DNA of 64,000 bases. Source: Euprymna scolopes (taxonomy: Eukaryota). The stretch lies in NCBI GenBank assembly GCA_053919585.1, contig CM132786.1; one strand, 5' to 3'. The notes below the pieces were generated by a model that saw nothing but the letters and a program-made list of their open reading frames with translations, searched no databases and had not been told where the DNA came from. Below are positions 26,999 to 39,230 of this stretch, one piece after another. A program made the position numbers and the translations under genes. Each line of letters begins with the position of its first letter. Within the stretch, counting starts at the first letter, position 1.

Positions 26999-27100
26999 TA
27001 CCCCAGTAGTTGTTGCCCCTGATAGTAGCCCCCTACACCAAAGTGGCAATTTGCCTTGTTTGGGGTGAAAATGTAATAAAAAAAATAAAAAAAAATAAAG
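25722..27100 (+). mobile_element. 5'-truncated young LINE insertion with short 3' UTR and A-rich tail
   Basis: ORF above followed by a ~75 bp UTR and a TAAAAAAAA-type repeated tail at ~27074-27100. Confidence 0.88.
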
Positions 27101-27653
27101 AGAAAAAATCCCACTATTCATCTGTAGGTTAATGCGATCGTGCAGTTGTAGCTCCTCCTAACCAATCTAGGATATTGTTTGAACTGGACGTGTCAAAAAT
27201 ATGTATAAAGTTACATATGATAGTGTTCAATAGGTAAGAAAAATGTGTATGTGGCATCTGTCGTTGTAAACTTACGGTATTTTTGTCGAAATAATTCGCG
27301 TCTATTATATATAGAGGTTCCTTTTTTTCTAATAAAATGTAAATATGTGTGTACAATCCCCACATATAGAATCTCTTTTTCCACCTGAGCTCTATATATG
27401 AGTACAAAAAATTGTCCTTTACGGAAGTAAAATAAATATACATGCTGTTCTGATGTATTGATCTATTATTTTTCATTTATCTTATAGTTTAAATTTAATA
27501 CTTTTTATTAGTTCAAGAAAAAATAATAATTTAAGAAGCGTTTCTAAATGAAAAAAAACATAGGCTAAAATTTCCGATTGGGATACCGTTTCCGATACCC
27601 CAAGCTTCTCAATTTTCATGATCCAATATTCTTATCCCAAGTATGTGTCACAA

Positions 27654-27710
<57 letters not shown>

Positions 27711-27895
27711 TTTTTTTTCATGGTAAACAAGTGAAGGTGCCTTGAAAAATAAATTATTGGTATTATAGTAAATTCGAGAGCGAGTTGATGCAGTGATTGC
27801 AGGTGATTAAATGACTTACTGACTAGATGGCTTTCTAACGAATGATAAATAATATTTTCTGTATAGTTTTAAAGGTGAAAAACTTCAATGATATA

Positions 27896-27941
<46 letters not shown>

Positions 27942-27959
27942 CGAGCTATAATAATCTAA

Positions 27960-28720
27960 AAATGGGCAAGGTGACTTTTTCGAGGTGTCAATGGGATAGC
28001 TGGAGTCTGCAGACGCAACATACCCTGCAGCACTTTATATTATTTATAATTTGGCAAAAAATAGCATTATTACTGGAAATGAACTAGTCCTCTATCGTGG
28101 TGATGGGTTAATAATAGTGAGAAACGCTTACAGTGTTAAATGTGATCAGGTTAGGAGAGCAATCCATAGGGAGATGAATAATTTTGGCCTAAAAGTCGAC
28201 GTAAATGCAAATTTAAAACAAGTTAATTTCCTCGACGTTATGTGGATCTTAATTGAAAAACGTATACACCTTTTATGAGAGAAAGTGCTAAACCTATTTA
28301 TGAACACCCACAATCTAACCATCCATCAATCATTATTAAATGTATACCGTTATTTATCGAACGCAGAATAAGTAAATAGTCATTCGATTATGTAAACTTT
28401 AATGATTGCAAAGCTATTTATAACACAGTACTAAAAAGAGTGGGTATAAGGACATAGATATAAAATATAAATTACTAATACTAGCATGAATAGATAAATA
28501 AACCGAAATAGCCAAGTAATCGGGACCACACCCACTCCAATATTATGCTGGAGACAAAACTGGGTACAAAAATTTTACGGCTTATTAACAAGCATTTCCC
28601 ACCAAATAATTTGTTACTTCAAATCCTTAATAAAAATACATTACAATTAAGTAATAGCTGTGGTGATAACTTGGAAACAATAATAAAAAATAATAGAAAA
28701 ATCTTAAGAATGAAAAACAG
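27960..28720 (+). mobile_element. Decayed Penelope-like element RT/linker fragment
   Basis: LYRGDGL (YRDDGL-like), VNFLDV, SNHPSIIIK and TKLGTKILRLINKHFP..ILNKNTLQLSNSC in broken frames. Confidence 0.75.
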
Positions 28721-31002
28721 TAAAAGTGTAAATATTAGTAGGAACACATATGCGAATAAGTATTACTGCCCAAAACCCGAGGAACTGGAATTTAGTAAAA
28801 TCAAGACAACTACTATATCAAATGTCTCCCGTCCTGCCCACCCAAAAAAACAGAGGATGAGTGAGGTCATGATTATGATCAGACTCAGATTGATTACATA
28901 AGCCCCTTAATATTCGATCATCTTAAGCAGTTGTAATATGACTTATCTGAATGGATGTTCATATAATAGTATATCTGGACAAAACGGGTACTTTATAATT
29001 AGACGAACCTCAAAATAATGTATGCAGATGGATGTCTGTGTGTATGTTATGTCTGTAAGCAGACATATGTATGCTCTGTGTATCTATATCTACAATATCT
29101 ATACACCCCTATTCCGTTTGTATAACCTAAATGCTAAATTTGTTGTTATGTTTTATTTTACATTGTTATATATCTATATAACCTGAATGGGAGTAGTTGT
29201 TTAATCGGTAGATAGACCTATATATTTAAACCTGGATTTACTAGAAGGTTCATCTTATAAACACTTTAAAAATGCGAAAAGTAACAGGTACGGGGGTGCG
29301 TTTAATATAAGTAAGCGTTTATGATGTTTTTAAGAAGAGTTATATTAAGAATGCGTTCGCACCTATATCTACTTTAGATGAATCATGGATATGTGAACGT
29401 ACATANNNNNNNNNNNNNNNNNNNNNNNNNNNNNNNNNNNNNNNNNNNNNNNNNNNNNNNNNNNNNNNNNNNNNNNNNNNNNNNNNNNNNNNNNNNNNNN
29501 NNNNNNNNNNNNNNNNNNNNNNNNNNNNNNNNNNNNNNNNNNNNNNNNNNNNNNNNNNNNNNNNNNNNNNNNNNNNNNNNNNNNNNNNNNNNNNNNNNNN
29601 NNNNNNNNNNNNNNNNNNNNNNNNNNNNNNNNNNNNNNNNNNNNNNNNNNNNNNNNNNNNNNNNNNNNNNNNNNNNNNNNNNNNNNNNNNNNNNNNNNNN
29701 NNNNNNNNNNNNNNNCGTCTTATATATAGAGGATTAACAGCATTTGTATATATTGCCAGAGAGTATATGTTTATTCACATGCATGTATCTATGTGTGTGT
29801 GTATGTGTGTGTGCGCCTATGTAAACTATAATAATACACTGTTTCATATAAAGGGGTTACCACACCACCGGAGGTAGAAGGCACCTTATTGGATAAGATT
29901 TATTGAATTATATATTTTAACTTATATTTTATTAAATTTTATTAAATTGAATGGGATTTATTAAATAGAGTTGTGTGTATATACTTGTATGGCTGTGTAT
30001 TTTTGTGTCAGAAGTAAGCAGATACTTATATATTTGTTTTTATATATTTAGTTGTATACGCATGTATATATGGAGATCTATATAATTTATATATCTCATA
30101 TTTATATGTGTATGTATCTATACATGCATGTCTGTATGTGTGTACCTTATTGAACGGTATACCGGATTAGAGTTTGAAGGTTCCCGATTAACAGTTTTAT
30201 TGATACTGGTATGATAATGAGTATGATATATAAAGAACACGGAGGTGTATGGCTATTTATTATAAATATCTGTATAGAAATAACTACGTATGTGAGTATC
30301 GGTGATAGATTGTATTGGGTGTTCGTGTAGGTTTTATATAATTGGATTTGTAAGCATTGTATATATGTGTGATTATATTTATATATGTTTATATGTACGC
30401 GTGTGTATCAAAGTAGTCTGTTTAAATTTTATAAATCCATATTTATATTTTTTCTAGTTTTGTACGTATAATTTATATTTTGGTGCGTAACTGTAAGCTG
30501 GATTTATAGAAACGTGTGTACACACTAATAAGTGTATATGTATATATTTTTTGTTTTGTTTCTGACATAGAATTTGTGTGTAAACGACGACTGCCGGCGA
30601 AATCCCAATGGGTAACAACCGGAAAAACCTAAACTCTTTGGACACCAGGCCAGGCAGGACAAAATGTCTAGTCCCGCGAGCACCTTAATACGCGTGACCA
30701 AGGAACGAGCATAATAAAATAATAATAAAAATAAAGGGTTAGGATATTAGAAAAATAAAAACGTGTGATAAATGTTCAAGTAATTTGCTCATTCTCCTAG
30801 ACATAACACCCCCCCATATAAGGTGACAAGATTTCTAAAGTATGTAAACGAAATGTAGAACAGTTTTGTTTATTAATTTTTGCGTGTCTTTAAATCTCAG
30901 TTTTCCAAGATCATTCATGGCTTGAAGACCTAAACTCCCTTAGCACGGGTGATTACAGTAACATATATGCACATATGTAGCCATTAATGTTTGTATAAAT
31001 AA

Positions 31003-31076
<74 letters not shown>

Positions 31077-31080
<4 letters not shown>

Positions 31081-32110
31081 CATTAGGATAACCATTATCG
31101 AAGAATATTTCCGTGATCTTATCGAGTTCGGCGTCTAATCTGTTAGGCGAATAAATCATGAGGGTTCTATGTACCAAAGTATTAATTAGGCCGACCTACG
31201 TGATTTTGGTACAAAAGACAACCAGTTAACATATAGACCAGTAAATGTCGGCTTTCCATAACTTGTAGTGAGAAAGCGCCCCCCCCCATGAACGTTCGAC
31301 AAGAACATCCAAGAAGGGAAGCGAATTGACCTTCTCACCTTCTATAGTGAACTTAAGAGCCCAATGCAATGAATTCAACCTATTAAAATATATCGACGCT
31401 TCACCTTGCGATGGAAAAATAGCAAAAGTGTCGTCAAATATGCAGTGGGTTTATATGTAGAATTGAACAAAACAGATTCATGGTACCCGACGATAATATC
31501 CGCCAAAGTTGGGACCAACGGACTCCCCATCGAAGGATAGTTTGCCTTACATCCAAAATAGTAATATTGTATATCAATTTAAATGTCAGAAGGATGCTGG
31601 TTATGTTGGGCGAACATCCTCGCACATTTTGACTCGTATAAATCAGCATGTTCCATCGCAGATCCGACAAGGGAGGATGTGGTCTGGTGGTCTCCCTCCT
31701 TCTGCAGACTTGGCCTCTGCTATTGGCCAGCATTTGGTTGACAACCCTTAATGTGCCGATAGATATAAAATAGAATGGTTCGAGGTGCTACATAGAGTTG
31801 ACTCCAGAAACCATTTAAAGGTTCGGAGTCTGTCTCTATTGCGGCGCGTAAACCTTCTTTGTGCAGACAAAAGGAAACATCCAACGCATTGTTTCTTTTT
31901 GGGTAACTTTGAATCTTTTCTCCCTTTTTTTCCCTCGTTGTGCCAATATTTTAATAGTTTTTAAACGTTAATAAATTTGTTTTAGTATCCCCTTACATTT
32001 GAGACATTCAATAAGTCCCCCATTAGAACTCTTTATTTCTGACATAATACTATTTTGTACGCTATCGATGTTTTCCTGATGAGATGATAGCCGAAAGAGC
32101 TCTCGAGAAA
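31077..32110. mobile_element. Penelope-like element with inverted 5' part: RT piece on minus (31077-~31520), GIY-YIG and pLTR on plus (~31530-32110)
   Basis: Minus: DDTFAIF, LPFLDVLV, KPTFTGLY, NGYP. Plus: SNIVYQFKCQKDAGYVGRT..RINQH, then a pLTR with hammerhead running into an N gap. Confidence 0.88.
32071..32110 (+). ncRNA. Minimal type I hammerhead in PLE pLTR
   Basis: TTTTC-CTGATGA-G-ATGATAGC-C-GAAA-GAGCTC-TC-GAGAAA; palindromic stem III; CUC site after 32104. Confidence 0.8.
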
Positions 32111-33299
32111 NNNNNNNNNNNNNNNNNNNNNNNNNNNNNNNNNNNNNNNNNNNNNNNNNNNNNNNNNNNNNNNNNNNNNNNNNNNNNNNNNNNNNNNNNN
32201 NNNNNNNNNNNNNNNNNNNNNNNNNNNNNNNNNNNNNNNNNNNNNNNNNNNNNNNNTTTCACCACGGTCCGTTTTTTGCTGACATGGCCAATTGCGTTAT
32301 TGATGTCATTTTTATGTATTAGAAATAATAAAAAGGTTTTCAGTTATTAAATAAAACTGATAACATAATCAAGACTCGCAATACTATTGGTATACACGTT
32401 TACATGGTTTTGTTGTGTTTAAATTATTTATACTTTTGTAATCGTTAAAATAACATTTTCATTGTGGCAATATATTTTTTATTGTTATGTTCTTTTTTCC
32501 ATATATAAAATATATGACTATTGACATTATTTCTTCTATTTTATACTAATATATTAAAAAATGTATAGATATAATACCGTTTTATTTTATTTTTAGATAT
32601 TTCACATGCCTTTATATTTTTGAAACCATGCGTGATTTTACTGCCCATTAATTCACGCTTTCGTTTTGCAGTTAATTGGCTATTCAACTTCTGTACAATG
32701 GTATTACAATGGTATCCTTGCATGGGCCGTTTCAAAATTATCAAATTAAGCGGAAACAGGCGTTTTTCGTTACTAAATTGTGCTACCGACTCGCCTAAGG
32801 GATAGCGATAAGGAGAAAACCAGAGGCTAGGAATGATTCTTCCTAAAATACAACGAAGTAAAAAAACTAAAAGTAACTGCTCACCTCAAGGCACAAAGGA
32901 AGTGATCTGCGGCGAAAAATGCCAATAAATCCCCACTGAATACCTGAAAGTTTAACACTTGCATTTAATCATATACATTCTAAAAAATAACGACCCAATG
33001 TATTCTGTGTATCTAAAAAATGTCGTCTTAAATCTAATAGAGTTATGTAGTACGAGATGGAGAAAGAAAACACCTTAGTTGATATTCATGTAGATAATGT
33101 CGCCGTGTTACACATAGCTAGAAAAAAAAGACCGATATGCAATGGTGTACCGTACATCACGATAAATAGAAGGACTCAGGGAACGATCAGTATCCTCGAG
33201 ATATTATAGAGGCAACTCGAATAATGGAAAGGATTTCTATCAAAAACTTGGCAAAAATAGTCAATTAATAAAGGGAAAGAGTTATTAATATATTCTTTA

Positions 33300-33790
33300 T
33301 TTTTACACTTATCAAGCCCCGGAGGAAACCCGGAGATTAAGCTTATTGCGTATATAGTAATCAATGGGACAATAACGTTGTAATCGTTAGTAATGAAAAT
33401 CTGATATAGTAGTTTACTTCTAGGGGGATGTTTATTATAAACTTGTTTATGTTGGACTTGAAGACATCAAAGTTGTAATCCGGTATGAACAGACAAACAG
33501 AAGAGAGTTACACAGGCTTGCACTTCTAAGAAACACGCTTTGTTCATGGAATCTCGTTTTAAGTTAAGCACATATAAAGAGTGGGGAAAATTACTGACAG
33601 TGATTTCACCAAGACGGGTGTTTTATCGAGAAAGATTGACGAGAGTGGACCAGAGATTGAAGTTCAGACGAACACTTCACATGGAAATAACGATAAAATA
33701 GCGCTTATCTAAAAAAGAGCTAGAAAGATTAATGAGTCTTTTGTTTAGGATTAATGGGCAAATTAAGAAACTCAGTAGGACCTCTTTTCC
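33300..33790 (-). mobile_element. Eroded CR1-group LINE 3' fragment
   Basis: Aligns by eye with 36200-36600 (ACTTATCAAG, CACTTCTAAGAAA..CTTTGTTCATGGAATC, CAAGACGGGTGTTTT, GACGAACAC). Confidence 0.75.
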
Positions 33791-33911
33791 TTACCTATAT
33801 CATAATTAGAGGAAAAATTAAAAAGGAAGTATGGCCAATTTTTAATCTGCTGTCAGATACAATTTTTTTTAATGCTACAGATTGGTAGATGAATGTAACA
33901 CTGAATCGAAA

Positions 33912-33984
<73 letters not shown>

Positions 33985-34734
33985 GGAACATGTGATGTGT
34001 TTAGATAAATAAATTATTTTTTTTTAGTTTAAGTTAATATATTTCTTAAATTAATCTATATTATTATTTTATATTCATTAGTGGTATTGCTGTTGATATC
34101 AATTACTTCATTGTATCTATACATACAACAATTTTATTGTATGTCGTTCATTTAATTATTCTTGAAGTGTATTTTATCTAAACATGTTTTTGTATAAGCT
34201 TTAATTTGCCGTTTCACATTAAAGTTGAATAAATTAAGGACATTTTATAACTCAGCAGGGAGGTAGTGCTTATGTAATCTTTTTTATATTCCGGTTTACA
34301 TGGCACATATATTGACGTGGGCAATTATACATGCATATGGGCAATAACAGAGTAATCACATTACCTTTCTTAAACAAAATGCTACATTATTTCACAATGA
34401 ATATATCGGTCACACACATAAAAACAACGAATTAATTTTGAAGTTAAGATCGTATGGAAAATAGACATTCTAAATGAATGAAATTTTCCTCTAAGGCGCG
34501 CATTTGAGATAACCACCATATAAATATTTTCGCATTTCTTGAAACGCATGAGTGTTAATTGTATGATTTTACGTCCTTCTATGACTTTTTCGTCATTGAA
34601 CATTTTTCCCTGTTTATGATACGACACATAAAGTAATACGTACACCTTTCCTTTCCCTCTAGGTTTCTATGTGTCTCTTAAGGTATACTACACACACACA
34701 CACTCTCTCTGTGTCTCCCTTTAACTCTCTCTCA

Positions 34735-34807
<73 letters not shown>

Positions 34808-34844
34808 GTTTTGGAGGTACAGTTTTGAAAATAATAAGAGGAAG

Positions 34845-34885
34845 TTTCTCGATAGCTCTTTCGGCTATCATCTCATCAGGAGAGC
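34845..34885 (-). ncRNA. Minimal hammerhead copy with stem III mutation (GAGCTA)
   Basis: Minus strand CTCTC-CTGATGA-GATGATAGCC-GAAA-GAGCTA-TC-GAGAAA. Confidence 0.65.
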
Positions 34886-35634
34886 ATCGATAGAGTACAC
34901 ACTATTATTATGTCGAAAATAAAGAGTTCTAATGGGGAACTTATTGAATATGCCAAAAGTACGGGGATACAAAAATAAAGTTATCAACGTTTAAAAACGA
35001 TTAAAATATTGGCAAAGGAGGGAAAAAGCGGGAGAAAAAGGTACAAAGTTACCCAAAGAGAAACCATGGGTTGTATGTTTCCTGTTGCCGGCACTAAGGA
35101 GGGTGACGAACCGCAATAGAGACAAACTCCAAAACCTTTAAATGGTTTCTGGAGTCCGCTCTATGTAGCACCTCGAACCATTCTATTTTATATATATCGG
35201 CACATAAAGGGTTGTAAACCAAATGCTGGCCAATATCTGAGTCCAAGGCTGCAGAAGGAGGGAGATCACCAGAGTCCATCGTCCCTTGTCTGATCTTCGA
35301 TGGAACATGCTGGTCTATACGAGTCAAAAGATGCAAGAATGTTCGCCCAACATAACCAGCATCGCACTGGCAATTAAATTGATATACAATATTACTATTT
35401 TGGATGTAAGGCAAACTATCTTTGCGAAAAGACGGAAAATCAGGTCTCGTAGTATATACCAAACGCAAGGACACAGAATAAAAGCAGTCGTAAATAATTC
35501 TGCGAATGCCAATATTTTAATCGTTTTTAAACGATAATAAATTTATTTTGATACCCCCGTACATTTGACACATTCAATAAGTTCCCTATTAGACCTCTTT
35601 ATTTTCTAAATAATACTATTTGGTACGCTATTGA

Positions 35635-35676
35635 TTTTCTCTTGATGAACATATAGCCGAAAGAGCTCGCGAGAAA
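35635..35676 (+). pseudogene. Inactivated hammerhead copy in inverted pLTR
   Basis: Core reads TTGATGA and the conserved U before the cleavage base is G (GAGCTC-GC). Confidence 0.6.
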
Positions 35677-36025
35677 CTTCCGCTTATTATTTTCAAAACT
35701 GTATATAAATTCTGTACCTCCAAACATTTATTTAAATATCTTCGGAAGAGGTACACGCAACATCAACTTGATGAATGTGATAATATTGTTCGATTAAGGA
35801 GTAGAATTAGATCTTCCAATCTCTCCATAGCTTTTTTGCGTTCTAGTCTGGAACAAGATGTGGCCCCACTTTATATTAGTAAACGCATTGCTGCATCTGG
35901 GGTGAAGCCAAGTTTGTCTATGGAGTGTGCGTTTATAAGAGACGATATCTATAATTGATGGAGAAGCTAGAGGTGTATATTAGTTCCCTCTCACTGTCTC
36001 TAACTCTCAATCTCCTTATCTCTCA

Positions 36026-36072
<47 letters not shown>

Positions 36073-36189
36073 TAACTAATGTTGAATTTTGCACTTCATT
36101 TTTGCACATTGGCGGTTATAAATCCTTTCCAGTGTAACTGCGATGTTTAGCTTTATAAGGTGGTAACTGTTTTAAACTAGTCTATTTTT

Positions 36190-36620
36190 TTACTTGATGA
36201 TCACCACTTATCAAGGCCCGGAAGCAACTCAGGGATAACGGTTATTGCAAGTACATTACGTTAGTGTGGAGACTTGATGAAGTGTTTACTTAAGTGGGCG
36301 GTTCATTAGGAATTTGTTAACATTTCACTTGAAGACATCCATATTGTAGTCCGGTGGGAAGCAGGCAGACGGAACAGAGTTCCGCAGGCGTGCAGTTCTA
36401 AGAAAGAAGCTTTGTTCATGGAATCCGCGTTTTGATTTAGGCACAGATGTTGAGTGGGGGAAATTTTTCACAGTGGATTCAGCAAGACGGGTGTTTTTCG
36501 TGCAAGATTGGCGAGGGGGGACCAGAGATTGGAGTTCCGACGAACACCTGCAATGAAAATAACGATAAACCAAGGATAGACTCGCAACGTCTCTTCTGTG
36601 GGAGAGAGATTGCAGGGTAG
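36190..36620 (-). mobile_element. CR1-group LINE 3' fragment
   Basis: ORF 36325-36573 YRYFHCRCSSELQSLVP..SFFLRTARLRNSVPSACFP, homologous to the end of the 25.7-kb ORF. Confidence 0.85.
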
Positions 36621-37739
36621 AGAAAGAGATATTCCTTATTTAATCGGTGTTTCAGATCATCGAATAATGATTTTCGATATTTTAAAGTGCATAAATCTAA
36701 AGAAGAAAAAAACATCCAACAACACTCACCAGCATATGCATACTATTTGTGTATTCTTCTATAAAAAATGCCCAGTCATACCGAAGGTCAGAGAGAACGA
36801 AATCACGCGCGAGCACACACACATGCATACATTCAATGTAGAACGAAAGAAACAACACTACTGTTTCAATGACCCATCGATACATTTTTGAAACTAGGAA
36901 AATGCTATTCCCACAAAAGGCGGTTGAATCCCAGAGGATACTCACAAATGGCGGCAAACAGACTGGCTTCTGTTTCGTACAAAGTAATGTTAGTGATGGA
37001 TCTAATGTAAGACCAAACGTAATTGTCCAGCAGGTTCAAGTCAGACCAACAAGTAGTCTATAGGAAGAGGGTACAAAGCCGAAGTAGTCCTGAAGAAAAG
37101 CTTGGATATCTGTGAACTTGTGCTCCAGTGCCGCACTGCTGCGACACCCAGGATATCTCAGCACACTTCCTGATTTAACCAAGAGCTCACTACACACCAC
37201 AGTACACCCAGCTACACTTTGATGTTAATTTCATGCCGACCTCGAAGATACGATGTGCCATGATGTGTTCCTTTCTTTAAACCTCAGCAAACATTAACCG
37301 TGGCCGGAAACTTTGTTGACCTGTGCCCTCAAACGTTGACCGATACTGATTCGCATTTTGAGATTGCTGACAATAGACTTGTTTTGCAACTTATATTGGT
37401 AGAGAGTATGATTTCTATATCGGTGCATATCCGACTTCGCTTGTTGAACATTATGTAAGTTTCAGACATGATAGCAGATTCCTATAAATCTTTGAATTTG
37501 TACACAACTTGCTAACTAGTAAATAGCATGTAACAACAAAGAATACAGTTTTCAAGAAATAATGGAATCATGTCAGCCATTTACTCGTTTCTCCACATAT
37601 ATACTACCAATTAAAGTTTAGTAGAGCCTCTCCATATACTTATATTATTTTATAAACTACACGTGTATTATAAAACTTGAATATGCGCAGGTTCCTGTGT
37701 TAATCTAAGAGGACAATCGTTATTCATATCAATTTTAGC

Positions 37740-39230
37740 TCCAAAGTCTAGTACTTCTGGGGGAGAAATATTGGAGTAAAAGGCGTTCTTACACCTAAGG
37801 ATATCTACTGTGAAGAGGTGGGACTTAGCTGCTTGTCGGGTTTGTTGGGGGTAATCACGTCGAGGGGGTAAAAGCGCTTTTAGTTCGTCAGAGCATCCAC
37901 CATTAAAATACTTGTAGAACACGAAAAATGTCGTTGGTGTGACAGAGGCTGAATCCTTGATTAAAGTTCAGGACCTATCAGGTCGGTGACTCTCTTTTTT
38001 ATCCTGTCCAGGGGTGAGAGACAAAAACAGATGAACCAGCCCAAAAATGAAAACAGTACTACATACATCAGCGAATGGTGGCATTGTAGAAGTACATGGA
38101 ACTTTTAGACGAAAGTTGATTTCTATCACGTAGAAAGAGAGACCAGCATATTTTTAGAAGTCTTGGTAATGCTATCTATGTATCTATTTAAGTTCATGTT
38201 CCCTGTAAACATTAGGCCAAGGAGTTTAAAGGAAGCACTTTCAGGTAATATGTTCCGAGCCATTGCTATAAGTGGTTATGACGGTTTCATATAATTATTG
38301 AAGTAAACAGGGTTAGTCTTGGCAGCATTTAATGTGACCATCAATTGTTGTACCAATTCCGCTACAGATTGGAGTTCATCATCTAGTGTTTCTGCCATTT
38401 CCTTTGGTATGGATCCATTTATTTTCCCTTTCTGCCTGTAATTGAGAGTTATGTCATCCGAAAATATACCCATCTCTGAAATAATTTTAGCCTCCCCACA
38501 GCCAGGGGCATTCATTTCAATTGATGACAGATGGGCATAAGTGCTTTGATGATGTAAAGGAAGAAGCTTGGTTTTAGATGCATTGAACGTAACCACTTTT
38601 CTGCATTGCTCCACGTGGCCAGATCAGAGGTGAGGGAGTGTCTGAGAGAACTTGGTCGTTTACGGTGTTTGATGTGCAAACATAGATCGTAGTGTCGTCA
38701 GCATACGTGTCTACGAATGATGTAAGGGCGTGGTTTGGAAGATCATTGATGCCGATCAAGAAAATAGTTTAGCGTATGATAGATACCTGAGGTACCCCAC
38801 TATTTATACTGAGAGTTTTAGATTTATGCCCATCAACCAATACTATTATTCACCTATCAGAGAGAAATGTTTTAATAATTGACATGAGATACTTTTTTCA
38901 GATATAGTTGACTACTTCTCTATTTTGCACAGATTCCCGCAGCTTACTCCTGACGCACAGGAGACTGATTAGTCTGTACTCAGAGGGAGATGAACGACCA
39001 TCTAGATTATAAAATTCAGGGTATACTGATGAGATTTTTCTTGGTGGTGGGAAGCATTTCTTCTCAAGGTAACATTGAATAACTTTTTAAAGTATGGGTG
39101 CTACTTCTGGTTTAAGATTTCTGAGCACTATAATTGGAATGCCGTCAGAGTCAGTTGCTTTACTGGAATCAAGGTTTTTGATAAGCTTGGCAGCATCACG
39201 TACAATACAATTGTATGTCACATAGTGTCA
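37740..39230 (-). mobile_element. Two fused, decayed CR1-group LINE fragments
   Basis: 38480-39230 carries GVPQ, INDLP..YADDT, FNASKTKL; 37740-38480 restarts at SEMGIFSDD..KEMAETL and runs to FYKYFNGGCSDEL, matching the 25.7-kb family. Confidence 0.85.

Larger units (their letters stand above)
34809..35724 (-). mobile_element. Truncated Penelope-like element: GIY-YIG end plus pLTR on minus, with an inverted pLTR copy at its 5' side
   Basis: ORF 35094-35474 (NIVYQFNCQCDAGYVGRT..RIDQH..LKVLE); inverted repeats 34809-35014 and 35507-35724; same family as the 31.5-32.1 kb element. Confidence 0.9.

Noticed and set aside
493-32350. ORFs containing X runs or IYIYIY repeats
   Set aside because: Artefacts of N gaps (e.g. 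554-754, 21341-21570, 29406-29715, 32111-32256) and (TA)n microsatellites.
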